Origin: a virus
Strand: one strand, 5' to 3'
Length of the DNA: 64,000 nt
IMG/VR virus record: IMGVR_UViG_3300032288_004617
Location: 19,541 to 83,540 of that record
Each line of letters starts with the position of its first letter. Within the stretch, counting starts at the first letter, position 1. Made by a program: the position numbers and the translations under genes. Of this stretch, positions 29,180 through 39,328 are shown one piece after another. The notes under the pieces are model-generated. The model was not told the DNA's origin and did not search any database. It worked only from the letters and a program-made list of their open reading frames with translations.

Positions 29180-30790
29180 TTATCTTACATTTGTATCTAC
29201 TATTCTATTTGCTCCTGTCCCTACTTGCCAAGTTATTGTTCCTGTATCTGCTGTATTTGAAACAACATTACCGTATATTTTACCAGTCATTGATCCTGTT
29301 GCTTTAATTGCAGCACTATCTGAAGAACCACAATAAAAAGAAGCTGATGAATGAAGTATCAATGTACCACCTGTCCAATCTATGCAAGGGTAAGTTCCAC
29401 TTGTATTAGCTGTGTTTAAGTTCTTGATAGGTCCTAGTATTCTAAGCGTTCCTGCTGTTAATGATATTGTACCATTATAACCAGCTCCACCATTATTTGC
29501 ACCAGTATAGTAACTGTATAAACTAACATCTGCTGTTCCTGATACAGTAAGTTTATTATATATATGCCCAAAATCTTGGATTATAGCAACACCTCCTGAA
29601 ATAGTAGCACCTGAAAAATCACCTCTACCTGAGTATCTAATAACTCCATTAAATCTACCACCTGATTGCACTAGTGCTCCTGTAACTTCTCCGTGAAATT
29701 CACCAGCTCTTAAATCTAAATAAATACAAGTACCTGTAAATTTAAGTACATCAGCGTACATTGTAACTTTAGACCATATAATACTAGAATTTACAATAGC
29801 ACCTGATGCAAGTTCTAGTGTCATTATTTTAGTACCTGTAGCTGATATTTCCATCATACCACTAGGAGCATTGATGTTGAAATAAGACAAGTTAGCATAA
29901 CTATCTCCATCTAAAAAGAATGAAGATCCACTTCCTCCTGGAATGTAAGAAACACCGTTAAAAGATATTCTTGAATTATAACTTGTATAATCCGCAAGAA
30001 TTGCTGTAGATGTAGATGATTTAACATTAATAGTATTTATTCTTCCTATTGTTTCTGGAGCTCCTATATAAATAGCATATGTAGAAGTAGATTGACAATT
30101 TCGAAAATCTATATCCATCAACAATCCTGCCCCACTAGTATAGAAAGCTGAACCGTTTGTGGATATTACATTATTAATTTTAACACTGTTAGTATTTAAA
30201 GCAGTATATGTTCCTGCTGTACAGTTTGTTCTTATTGTGTGAGTTGTGCTAGAAGAAGCATATATTGCTTCAAAAGTAGTGTCTACATTCATTCTTGATC
30301 CTTCAATAATATAGACATTAGTTGCAACGTTAGAAGTAGAAAATTTACCATATCCGTATACATTTGTACTAGAAGTAAATGCATTATTTCTAAACATTGG
30401 TCCTGTTGTAGATTTACTTAAAATAGCACCTGGATGAAAATACCAATTGATACCATCTTTTAATAAACCATTAGCTGCTGTAGTTGTTGTAGTGTAAGTT
30501 CCTGGATAAACAACAATCATATCTCCAGGCGTAGAAGCAGCAAAAGCTAAATCTACAGTAGCGTAATAAACTGGTAAACCATTATCATGAGGTACAACAG
30601 CTATAAGACCTCCTGCTGTACCAAAAGCATCAACAATAGCACCTGAAGAATCTTTCTTTCTAACAAGATAGTTCATATCTATTTGCTCAAAGTAACAGTT
30701 ATTAGGTAAACCTGCGTGATCTGCAGAACTTCCTACTTGTCTAGTAACAGGAAAAGGACCACCTGTTTTATTTATAATTTCTATAGCCAT
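29180..30790 (-). CDS. Beta-helix tailspike/fibre protein
   Basis: GDMIVVYPGTY...KDGINWYFHPGA; rich in Gly/Ser/Thr. Confidence 0.7.
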   Translation of the reverse strand: MAIEIINKTGGPFPVTRQVGSSADHAGLPNNCYFEQIDMNYLVRKKDSSGAIVDAFGTAGGLIAVVPHDNGLPVYYATVDLAFAASTPGDMIVVYPGTYTTTTTAANGLLKDGINWYFHPGAILSKSTTGPMFRNNAFTSSTNVYGYGKFSTSNVATNVYIIEGSRMNVDTTFEAIYASSSTTHTIRTNCTAGTYTALNTNSVKINNVISTNGSAFYTSGAGLLMDIDFRNCQSTSTYAIYIGAPETIGRINTINVKSSTSTAILADYTSYNSRISFNGVSYIPGGSGSSFFLDGDSYANLSYFNINAPSGMMEISATGTKIMTLELASGAIVNSSIIWSKVTMYADVLKFTGTCIYLDLRAGEFHGEVTGALVQSGGRFNGVIRYSGRGDFSGATISGGVAIIQDFGHIYNKLTVSGTADVSLYSYYTGANNGGAGYNGTISLTAGTLRILGPIKNLNTANTSGTYPCIDWTGGTLILHSSASFYCGSSDSAAIKATGSMTGKIYGNVVSNTADTGTITWQVGTGANRIVDTNVR

Positions 30791-30800
30791 AATTCTTGTT

Positions 30801-32942
30801 TTATTCTACGTCAGCATCTTCTATAATAGTACCACCTGTAATGTTTGTCAACGCATAACTATTCTCTCTTATAATACTACCTGTTAGATTTATTAATGAA
30901 TTATTAGTAAATGGAGTACCTGCGATATCTGACTCTATATAAAAGTAAAGATCTGTACCTGGGGTGTCTTGGGAAGCAGTGAGATCTAACGTTCCTGAAG
31001 CATTTATTAATGCCGCCATTCTTTGTGCAAGTAATTGACGAGTGTTATATGTTGCTACATCACTTTCAGTAAAAGTTTCACCTAAACCTGTACCATCGTT
31101 TAGGTCAACTGATGTTGAAACAACACTATCAACAATATATTTTCTTTTAGCTTTTTTAGCAGAAGTTAAACCTGTAATTCTATTAGTATTTAAACCACCT
31201 GTAAGTACTTTAATATCTCTGTTTGCACCACCAACAATAATAGGTGGAACTTCTACGTTTGATGTAAGTAATACTGCACCGTTACATACTAAAGTACCAC
31301 CGTTGTAAGTAACACAAGTACCTGTAGCTTGAGCTGTAAGAAGATTTTTAATTCTTCCGTTGATTACTAACTTACCTGAGTTTAATGTAAATGCATCTCT
31401 ATTTCCTAAATAGTCAGTACCTCCATATTCAAATTCACCATTTACTACTACAGTTCCACCTGCAATAATTCTTGCTCCAAGAGTGAATACATTAGAACCA
31501 TTGCCCCAAAGTATTGTTTTACCCCCTGTAGCATTTAAGGCGAATGAGTAACCGTGGTATGGTAATTCTATATTTGCAAAACCTCCTGTAATAGTATGAT
31601 TAGCATTTGTTCCACTATCTGCTTTATAGGAAACTGTTCCCCCATTTATAGTAGCATAGCCAACAGTACCCCCTTTGAAATTACCACCTGTATTATACAA
31701 ATAAGCACAAGTACCATTATGATTAAAGTTTCCACCACTAGTCATTGCTATACCGTTAGCATAGCCAGTAACAGTAATATCTACTGCACCTCCATTAGTT
31801 CCATAACCATAAACAGAACCAACAGCTCTACCTACGTTAAATGTGCCATTTATAATTTGATACATAGCACCTACAGCATCGGCAGTAGTAGACTGTAATA
31901 AGCTAGCATTTACTGTAATATATGTGCTACCACTATTGAATCTTATAGCTGATCCTGCAGTACATCTGAATGTATGTGTATTTACTAATACATTACTTTG
32001 GTAAGCAATATATAATAAGTGACTTCCTGATGCAATAGCGTGTCTTACATTATATACGGCAAATGCATTATTATATATTGAGAAAGTAGCTGCTACAACT
32101 GTCTGTTGTACAAAATCTGCTTCAAAAGTAAAATCTAGGGATATACTTGTGCTATCATCACCTGCCCAATGAACACCTTGAGTACCACCTGTTTTGTAGA
32201 AAGTACCTTTACCATAAACATTACAAGTACTAGCTAATCCCGACAAACTAAACATCCATCCGTTAGTTACCTTTGTTATAACAGCACCCGGATAAAAGAA
32301 CCAATTTACACCTGATTTAGCAATACCATTAGTAGCAGTAGTTGTTACAGTATATGATCCTGGGAATACAAATATAGTGTCTCCGAATACAGCAGCATCT
32401 CTTGCTAATTCTAATGTTGTATAGTAAGTGAATATTCCAGTTGTTTGGTTTGGAATACCTACCTTTCCTCCTAACGTAATTGTTGCCCAAGTATTATCTC
32501 CTCTTAGAAAAGTTGTATTATCCCTTGTCCCTGATAACCCTAGACGGTTCACATTTACTACACCTGTTGCTAGATTAGCAGCATTTATTCCTGTAATATT
32601 TAAGCCATTACCTGTAAATGTAGTTGCTCTTAATGGGCCTAAATGCTGAATAGCTGCTGTCTTATTTCCTCCTGCATCTACTGTTGTTCCTAATAAATAA
32701 AAAGGTGTAGATGGAACAGTTACAGGTGCATATGTAATATAAGAAGTGCCACTGTAAATCCAAGTACTTGCATCAACTGAAGATACATATAGTACATCTG
32801 CTGTTGCAGGTGTATTAGGATCAAAAATTACTCCAGGTGATGTTGGTGTCAATTGATCAAAATTTACAACCTCAGATGGTGTTACTACCGGTAATTGATA
32901 ATAATCATGCTTACCTGTTATAGGATTAATTTTATAAGCCAT
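30801..32942 (-). CDS. Beta-helix tailspike/fibre protein, paralogous to 29180-30790
   Basis: GDTIFVFPGSY...KSGVNWFFYPGA; TTFLRGDNTW fibre motif. Confidence 0.7.
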   Translation of the reverse strand: MAYKINPITGKHDYYQLPVVTPSEVVNFDQLTPTSPGVIFDPNTPATADVLYVSSVDASTWIYSGTSYITYAPVTVPSTPFYLLGTTVDAGGNKTAAIQHLGPLRATTFTGNGLNITGINAANLATGVVNVNRLGLSGTRDNTTFLRGDNTWATITLGGKVGIPNQTTGIFTYYTTLELARDAAVFGDTIFVFPGSYTVTTTATNGIAKSGVNWFFYPGAVITKVTNGWMFSLSGLASTCNVYGKGTFYKTGGTQGVHWAGDDSTSISLDFTFEADFVQQTVVAATFSIYNNAFAVYNVRHAIASGSHLLYIAYQSNVLVNTHTFRCTAGSAIRFNSGSTYITVNASLLQSTTADAVGAMYQIINGTFNVGRAVGSVYGYGTNGGAVDITVTGYANGIAMTSGGNFNHNGTCAYLYNTGGNFKGGTVGYATINGGTVSYKADSGTNANHTITGGFANIELPYHGYSFALNATGGKTILWGNGSNVFTLGARIIAGGTVVVNGEFEYGGTDYLGNRDAFTLNSGKLVINGRIKNLLTAQATGTCVTYNGGTLVCNGAVLLTSNVEVPPIIVGGANRDIKVLTGGLNTNRITGLTSAKKAKRKYIVDSVVSTSVDLNDGTGLGETFTESDVATYNTRQLLAQRMAALINASGTLDLTASQDTPGTDLYFYIESDIAGTPFTNNSLINLTGSIIRENSYALTNITGGTIIEDADVE

Positions 32943-32948
32943 GGTCTA

Positions 32949-33239
32949 TTATGAATAAGCTATATTAGTCACATTTGAACCATTTATTGCAGAGTTGATA
33001 TAAGTAAATATCTCTGTAATAGTTTCAACACCATTTGGTGTAGTACCTGAATGAAGTATGCTGATAACATTATCTGTACCAACTGGATCATAGGTTAAGG
33101 CTCTATTATAATTCGAAGAAGCTTGAATTCTTGCCATTTTTGAAGACTCTTCTAAAAGTAACTCTTTAACTAAACATAATTGTTTATTTAATGATTGCAT
33201 TGTATGAAATGCATTAGGATCTAATTTTGTATATTTCAT
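32949..33239 (-). CDS. Small structural protein
   Basis: First gene behind the promoter at 33273. Confidence 0.55.
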   Translation of the reverse strand: MKYTKLDPNAFHTMQSLNKQLCLVKELLLEESSKMARIQASSNYNRALTYDPVGTDNVISILHSGTTPNGVETITEIFTYINSAINGSNVTNIAYS

Positions 33240-33256
33240 AAAAATTGTTTTAGTTC

Positions 33257-33349
33257 TGAGGTTTTAGAGTTTCAAATTTACTCTAAAATTGAGTAGTCAA
33301 CAAAATCATAGACTTTCTTAAAACAAAAAAAAAGAGAGGCGGTTACCTC
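33257..33349. repeat. Direct repeat copy 1: terminator plus promoter unit
   Basis: tgaggttttag..caaattta..taaaatt.agta..acaaaat.ata.actttc.taaaacaaaaaa..agagaggcggttacctc; matches 36936-37027. Confidence 0.85.
33273..33318 (-). promoter_or_regulatory. Bacteroidota -33/-7 promoter
   Basis: TTTG-N20-TAAATTTG. Confidence 0.75.
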
Positions 33350-33354
33350 CCTTT
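33324..33354 (-). terminator. Rho-independent terminator
   Basis: AAAGGGAGG-TAACCG-CCTCTCTTT followed by a T-run. Confidence 0.8.
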
Positions 33355-33378
33355 ATTTTCATATTTTAAATTTACTAC

Positions 33379-33711
33379 TTATTGAATATGTTTTTCTATA
33401 AGTGATTGGAAATTGTTATAGATTGTTTTCTCAGCAGTTGTTAGTGCATCATATCCACCTTCAACTAGCCAGTCGTTTACTCTGATTGTAGCTACAGATA
33501 ATGCTTCAGAATTTACTGATCCATCAATATAATCAGTCATGTAAGCAGAAGCAATTCCATCGACAAACTTATTGTAAATAGTCAAATCTTTTTTTACAAG
33601 ATCTGTTACTTCAAGAAAGCTTGTATTGTCATTTAAAAAATCACATTCAACAGATGTATCGAAGTCTCCTGCTAAAGATTTTACTTTGTATGTTAATTTA
33701 ATTATATTCAT
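33379..33711 (-). CDS. Hypothetical acidic protein (possible spike chaperone)
   Basis: ORF right after a beta-helix gene. Confidence 0.55.
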   Translation of the reverse strand: MNIIKLTYKVKSLAGDFDTSVECDFLNDNTSFLEVTDLVKKDLTIYNKFVDGIASAYMTDYIDGSVNSEALSVATIRVNDWLVEGGYDALTTAEKTIYNNFQSLIEKHIQ

Positions 33712-33715
33712 TTTT

Positions 33716-35281
33716 TTAAAAATTTGGTAATACTAATCCTGATACTTGTGTATAATCTTGGGGTGTGAACAATGTTGTTCCTAGTGCTCCACCAATCAAT
33801 ACGTTTCCTTTTACATTGTTACATCCAAAAGAACCAACACTTGTGTCGTTTAAAAATCTATCTCCTGCTCCTGATGAGTAAGCCACACAGTTGTAAAAAT
33901 ATCCTTTTGTTGTAACAGCATCTAAAGCAATAACGTTTGAGTTAACTGTATTGTAGTTCTTAAACAATACGTTTTTAGCATACACTTCACAACTGTTTAC
34001 AGCATAAACACAAGGTCCTGCAAGAGAATCGTTTAATACTTTTGTTACCTCTCCTTCAAGTTTTATTTTGTTACCATGTCCTAATAATAATACAGGTATA
34101 TATTTTGAAAATATGTTTCCTTTTATATCGTAACTCATATAGTCATTACCTGAAGCACTAACACCGTATACACCAAAACCTTCATTTGCATATAGATTAC
34201 CATATACTCTTATAATACCACCTGGATTTTGCAATGTAGAAATGCATGCTGCTTGGTATATAGTACCTGGACCATAAACAAATGTGTTTGAATTATTTAT
34301 CAAATCACCGTAGATTTCAAGTGTCCCGGAACTTGCTTGTGATAATACACATACTTTTAATCTGCTGTCATAAGTTGTTGTTCTATTATCTGAAATTATT
34401 TTTGGGCACTTGACAATAGCTGTACCTACAAAGGCACTCGATGGTGAGTTAGCCGAAAGATTTATTAACTTACCTGGACCAGCCATGTGTTTAGAAACCT
34501 CTAATGTAACAAACGTACTTCCTCTAAATGTTACAAGATATCCATTCTTACAGTTTGATTCTAACTTGTTACATCTTATATGTAATTGAGCATTTGTATA
34601 ACCAACTAAAATCTTTGACTCTATAACACCTAAAAAACTTGTTGCATCTTGTATAGATTCATCAAATTCTAGATATATGTTAGTAGTATATTGTTGTATC
34701 AATGCTCTTGCATTGCTATAAAAACAAGCGTGTCCATATATTTTACATACTCCTGTATTCACGTCATCAAAAAAACCACCGTTAGTGAATACAACACCTT
34801 CTTCACAATTTACATACACATAAGGTTTTAATAACATGTTGTCAACATAGACACCTTTTCTAAGGACAACTAACGCAGGTGCACTTATTGTAGGAGAAAG
34901 AGCAAGAGCTGCTGTTGATGCAGCATCATAAGTACGGTAAGGTTTATCAAATCTATTCACTTCTCCTGTTGAATCATTTCCGTTTAATGGATCTGGATCA
35001 ACAAAGAATACATTTGCATAGTTAACTGAAGCACTTAAAGTGATATCAATGTTTTGCAACAAAGATACTCCATTAATTGAGGCTAGATTTAAATTACCTG
35101 TTTGTCCATTTATAGCTGTGACACCTGAAGGTGCTGGAGCAGGAACTTTAGCTAATATATCATCTACTGTAGTAAATGCTGCAGGTCTTGATTTTGTTGT
35201 TGTATATAACGGTATACGCTCTTCGCCAGACAAATTTTTATCTTTTTTAAGAGTGTTTACTGAAAGTCCGTTTATTGGCAT
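33716..35281 (-). CDS. Beta-helix fibre/spike protein, paralog A
   Basis: FFVDP...GNDSTGEVNRFDKPY...VLRKGVY, the start of a pectin lyase-like fold. Confidence 0.7.
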   Translation of the reverse strand: MPINGLSVNTLKKDKNLSGEERIPLYTTTKSRPAAFTTVDDILAKVPAPAPSGVTAINGQTGNLNLASINGVSLLQNIDITLSASVNYANVFFVDPDPLNGNDSTGEVNRFDKPYRTYDAASTAALALSPTISAPALVVLRKGVYVDNMLLKPYVYVNCEEGVVFTNGGFFDDVNTGVCKIYGHACFYSNARALIQQYTTNIYLEFDESIQDATSFLGVIESKILVGYTNAQLHIRCNKLESNCKNGYLVTFRGSTFVTLEVSKHMAGPGKLINLSANSPSSAFVGTAIVKCPKIISDNRTTTYDSRLKVCVLSQASSGTLEIYGDLINNSNTFVYGPGTIYQAACISTLQNPGGIIRVYGNLYANEGFGVYGVSASGNDYMSYDIKGNIFSKYIPVLLLGHGNKIKLEGEVTKVLNDSLAGPCVYAVNSCEVYAKNVLFKNYNTVNSNVIALDAVTTKGYFYNCVAYSSGAGDRFLNDTSVGSFGCNNVKGNVLIGGALGTTLFTPQDYTQVSGLVLPNF

Positions 35282-35360
35282 AATCTATATATTATATTGT
35301 AAAATTAATTAAGTTTAATCTCTCTTCAAAAAATATTGTAATTTATAAAACAAGTTAATT

Positions 35361-36914
35361 TTAGAAGTTTGGAACTGTAACACCTGTCACTTGAGTATAA
35401 CCTTGCGGTGAAAATACCGGAGTTGCTACGGCAGCTCCTAAAGGAATGTTACCTTTTGTATTTACACATCCAAAAGATCCTACACTTGTATCTCTCAAAA
35501 ACTTATCACCAGATCCTGTGCTATAAGCTGTACAATTATAAAAGTACGCTTTTGCTGCAACATTATCTAAGGCTACAATACCTGAATTTACAGTGTTATA
35601 ATTTTTTAAGTGTGTGTTTTTAGCATATACTTCACAACTATTTACTGCATATATACAAGAGCCTGCAATAGAATCATTTAATACTTTTGTAACTTCTCCT
35701 TCTAGTTTAACTACATTTCCTGCACCTAACAAACAAATAGGAATAGACTTAGAACTTATATTACCTTTTATATCATACTTTGTATAATCATTTCCTGAAG
35801 CATACACTGTATAAATACCGAAAGTATCACCTGCATATAAGTTACCATACACTCTTGTCACAGCACCTAATGCTGATTGTATTGAGTGTAGACATGCTTG
35901 TTGTCCTGTAGATCCAGGTGCATATGAAAAGTTATCTGATAAATTATATAAATCTCCGTATATCTCTAACACTGCTGTCGAAGTCGAAGCTTGTTGGGTT
36001 ACGCAACTTTTATTTTGAATATTTCCTGCATTATAGGGTGTTCTATTTGTGGCAACTATCTTAGGGCAGTATATTTTTATAGTATTTGACATACCTATTG
36101 TACTGAATGTTTTCCTCGGACCTTGTATATAATTTCTAACATTTAGTGTAGCTTCAACACCATATCTAAGAGTAACTATTGTGTTATTTGAACCATTAGT
36201 ATCTATGCTATTACAAACCACATGTAATTTACAAGTCCCACTTACATAACTTGATAATATAGCCCAACCTATCAATGTAGATTGCATATCTACTTTATCA
36301 AATTCAAAGTATATATCACTTCCATAATTTTGAGTCAATGGTCTAGAGTTTGTATAAAAACAAGCATTTCCATATATCTTACAAACACCTGTACTTGCAT
36401 CATCAAAAAAACCACCAAATGTAAATACAACACCTTCTTCGCATTTTATATATACATATGGTCTAAGAAGCATATAATCTATATATGTCCCTTTACGTAA
36501 TACTATTAATGCCGGAGATGTTTGTGTAGGTGCTAATGCTATTGCAGCTAAACCTGCTGCATAATACGAAAAGTAAGGTTTATCAAATCTATTCACTTCT
36601 CCTGTCGAGTCATTTCCGTTTACAGGATCTACAAAAAATGTATTTGCGTAGTTCAATGCTGAACTTACAGGAATATCAATATTTTGGAGTAAGGATGTGC
36701 CATTAACTGTTGCTAGTTGTAAACTGTTTGTTTGATTATCTAATGAGTCAACTATTGCTCCTGTTGTTGGAGAAGATACTTTAGCTAATATGTCATCAAC
36801 CGTTGTAAACTTTGATGGTTTGGATTTTGTTGTTGTATAAACAGGTATACGTTCAGATCCACTCAAGCTTTTAGCCTTCTTTAAAGTATTTACTAAAATT
36901 CCATTTATTGGCAT
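35361..36914 (-). CDS. Beta-helix fibre/spike protein, paralog B
   Basis: Collinear with 33716-35281 from MPING to ..PNF. Confidence 0.7.
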   Translation of the reverse strand: MPINGILVNTLKKAKSLSGSERIPVYTTTKSKPSKFTTVDDILAKVSSPTTGAIVDSLDNQTNSLQLATVNGTSLLQNIDIPVSSALNYANTFFVDPVNGNDSTGEVNRFDKPYFSYYAAGLAAIALAPTQTSPALIVLRKGTYIDYMLLRPYVYIKCEEGVVFTFGGFFDDASTGVCKIYGNACFYTNSRPLTQNYGSDIYFEFDKVDMQSTLIGWAILSSYVSGTCKLHVVCNSIDTNGSNNTIVTLRYGVEATLNVRNYIQGPRKTFSTIGMSNTIKIYCPKIVATNRTPYNAGNIQNKSCVTQQASTSTAVLEIYGDLYNLSDNFSYAPGSTGQQACLHSIQSALGAVTRVYGNLYAGDTFGIYTVYASGNDYTKYDIKGNISSKSIPICLLGAGNVVKLEGEVTKVLNDSIAGSCIYAVNSCEVYAKNTHLKNYNTVNSGIVALDNVAAKAYFYNCTAYSTGSGDKFLRDTSVGSFGCVNTKGNIPLGAAVATPVFSPQGYTQVTGVTVPNF

Positions 36915-36935
36915 AATGTCTTTTTTATTATGATT

Positions 36936-37027
36936 TGAGGTTTTAGGAAAAACAAATTTAATGTAAAATTAAGTATAGCACAAAATTATAAACTTTCCTA
37001 AAACAAAAAAAGAGAGGCGGTTACCTC
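36936..37027. repeat. Direct repeat copy 2: terminator plus promoter unit
   Basis: Matches 33257-33349; contains TTTG-N20-TAAATTTG (36953-36984). Confidence 0.85.
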
Positions 37028-37031
37028 TCTT
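37004..37031 (-). terminator. Rho-independent terminator after the auxiliary capsid gene
   Basis: AAGAGAGG-TAACCG-CCTCTCTT perfect stem followed by a T-run. Confidence 0.85.
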
Positions 37032-37053
37032 CCTTTTTTATTATGTTTACCTA

Positions 37054-39300
37054 TTAGATAGGGAAAGCTTGTACTGGAGAAACTCCTGCATTAGCTGCCA
37101 AGTTATTTAATAAGTCTTCAATTGCATTATGTCTACCAATCTCTACAAAGAAGTTGTAATCGATATCATCATTAATTCTTCCTGCGAATCCTTGTGTATG
37201 ATTAAAGTTACTAACTTTCAATGTATACTGAATATATTGAGCAGTACTGTTTGGTAAGTTTGTAGTCTCACCTCTCAATAATTTACCTAAGTAAGATCTT
37301 GGAGATTCTCCTCTGAAGTAAGCATTAGCTTCTTGCTCTTTCTTACGTAAGTTACCTGCTAAATGTGTTCTGTGTTGTTGACGAGATAAGTATTTACCTT
37401 GGTATCCACCTTCTGGAATACTTCCGATACCCTCACGAATTTCTTCAGGGAATCCTGCAGCAACTTGAATTTTTGTAGATGTTTCTAAGAAACCAACTTC
37501 TTCGTACAATGCCTCTTCAGCATCTAAAACGAAAACTCTTGATTTAAATCTAATACCACATTTACAGTTTCCACTTGGAGAAACAGCTGCTTCACTTGCA
37601 GATACAGTCCAGTCGATATTTTCATAAGACTCAGGAGCTGAAGTGATATAAGCATCTTTGTAGATAACATCACACTCTTCACCAACTAAGTTAGAAATAA
37701 CTGAAGTTGTATATTTAGTTTGACAACCTGCTGTGTAAGTAACTGCAGCAGCTAATGTACCATCTAAATCACTTACATCATTTGCAATTGAGATAGTTGG
37801 CAAAGCAACACCAATGTTTTCAAAAGTTAAAACACCTAAAGCAGCTGTAACTTTAACACCTTCGTTAGCTAAAATAGTAGCTCCATGTGCAGTAACAAAG
37901 TTAGCAGCAGTTTGAGTTAAACTAGTAGCAAAAGTTGCTGTGTAATCAGTACCACCAATGTTAATGTCTGCTGTTCCAGAAGTACCAGTTAAAGTTAACA
38001 ATCTGTATTGAGCTAAAGCAACAGTTAAGTTAGTGTAAGCACCTTGTAACTCTACTAATCTATCATTTCCACATTCTCCATCAGCTAACCATAAGTCATA
38101 CGCTTCAGAAACTGCATTAACTGTGTCTCCTAAAGTCCAAGCTGTAGTTGTAGCAGCAGCATTAGAATCACATAAGTCAGCAATTTTACCTACTAAATCT
38201 ACTGTGAATGTATTGCTTGGAACTGCACCACCTAATAAAGTTGCAATTTGTGCATCAGTAATTTTAGCTGTAAATACTGCTGTATAGAATCCTACACCTG
38301 CATCATTTCCAGATTTAATAACTGTACCTGCTGAGTAGTTTGCCATTGCTGTAATTAAAGCAGTTTTGTCAACACCATCATCTTCAATAGTGAATGCGTA
38401 AACATAACCACCTGTTACTGCAGTGTATCCAGCAGGACAAGTATCACATCCTTTAATGAAAGATGCTACTGTTGAACTGAAATCAGCAGGTGCACTTGCA
38501 GCTAATAATTGGTAAGTAGAAATAGATCCACTACGTAAAATTCTTTTTACAGGAACATTGTATTGTGCTGCAACGATAGCTTTAGCAACATCATCACCTG
38601 TATCACATAACTCTAATGTATAGAAGTTAAAAGGAATCAAGTTAGCTGCAATATCATTTGTACACTCAAAAACAGGTGTTACATCAATAAAGTCTGCAAC
38701 AGTTTTTCCTCCTGTTAATTGTTTTCTACGTAATCTCTCAACTGCTTCTAATACGATTGCTTTACAATCAACTGCATCACAGTTATCACAAGTATCACAA
38801 GTGTTGAAAGGATCACATGAAGGAATCTCAATATTAATTCCGATGAACTCTTCAGCGTTTTTTCCACCTCTGTACTCAATTGCTCCACCTGTAAGTTTAA
38901 GAGCTAATCTGAAATAAGAATCTCCTGTTTTCCATTTGAACTCAGATCCTGGAGTACCATCATATCCAATAACAACCTCATCAACGATGTGCTCAGTAAT
39001 TTTTGGAGCAGATACTGCTAATCCACGAATTGAATCTAAAGAGAAAGGAACTGTAGATTTGTCTTTGTCAGAATAAGAACGACCTGGAGTTTTTCCATCG
39101 ATACCTAATCTAATTGTAAAATCTTTTTTATCTTTTGCTTTTCCTGCGAAAGATGAAATAACTTTCAATCCATCAGCTGTAGCTTTAGTTTGATCAACTG
39201 CTGCTAATTGTCCTTTTGCAAGGTGCAAAGATCCACCAGTTGTCTTAACTGCTCCATTGATTAAGAAGAAGTCTCTGTTAAACGGTTTGTTTAATCCCAT
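37054..39300 (-). CDS. Putative auxiliary capsid (major structural) protein
   Basis: 748 aa; third gene after MCP as in crAss-like phages; codon usage of a highly expressed gene; followed by a strong terminator. Confidence 0.65.
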   Translation of the reverse strand: MGLNKPFNRDFFLINGAVKTTGGSLHLAKGQLAAVDQTKATADGLKVISSFAGKAKDKKDFTIRLGIDGKTPGRSYSDKDKSTVPFSLDSIRGLAVSAPKITEHIVDEVVIGYDGTPGSEFKWKTGDSYFRLALKLTGGAIEYRGGKNAEEFIGINIEIPSCDPFNTCDTCDNCDAVDCKAIVLEAVERLRRKQLTGGKTVADFIDVTPVFECTNDIAANLIPFNFYTLELCDTGDDVAKAIVAAQYNVPVKRILRSGSISTYQLLAASAPADFSSTVASFIKGCDTCPAGYTAVTGGYVYAFTIEDDGVDKTALITAMANYSAGTVIKSGNDAGVGFYTAVFTAKITDAQIATLLGGAVPSNTFTVDLVGKIADLCDSNAAATTTAWTLGDTVNAVSEAYDLWLADGECGNDRLVELQGAYTNLTVALAQYRLLTLTGTSGTADINIGGTDYTATFATSLTQTAANFVTAHGATILANEGVKVTAALGVLTFENIGVALPTISIANDVSDLDGTLAAAVTYTAGCQTKYTTSVISNLVGEECDVIYKDAYITSAPESYENIDWTVSASEAAVSPSGNCKCGIRFKSRVFVLDAEEALYEEVGFLETSTKIQVAAGFPEEIREGIGSIPEGGYQGKYLSRQQHRTHLAGNLRKKEQEANAYFRGESPRSYLGKLLRGETTNLPNSTAQYIQYTLKVSNFNHTQGFAGRINDDIDYNFFVEIGRHNAIEDLLNNLAANAGVSPVQAFPI

Positions 39301-39328
39301 TGTTAAAAATTTATTAATTTATTTATGA

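Noticed and set aside
33716-36914. DGR template/variable repeat pair
   Set aside because: Both copies are full-length genes, differences are not confined to adenines, and no reverse transcriptase is present in the window.
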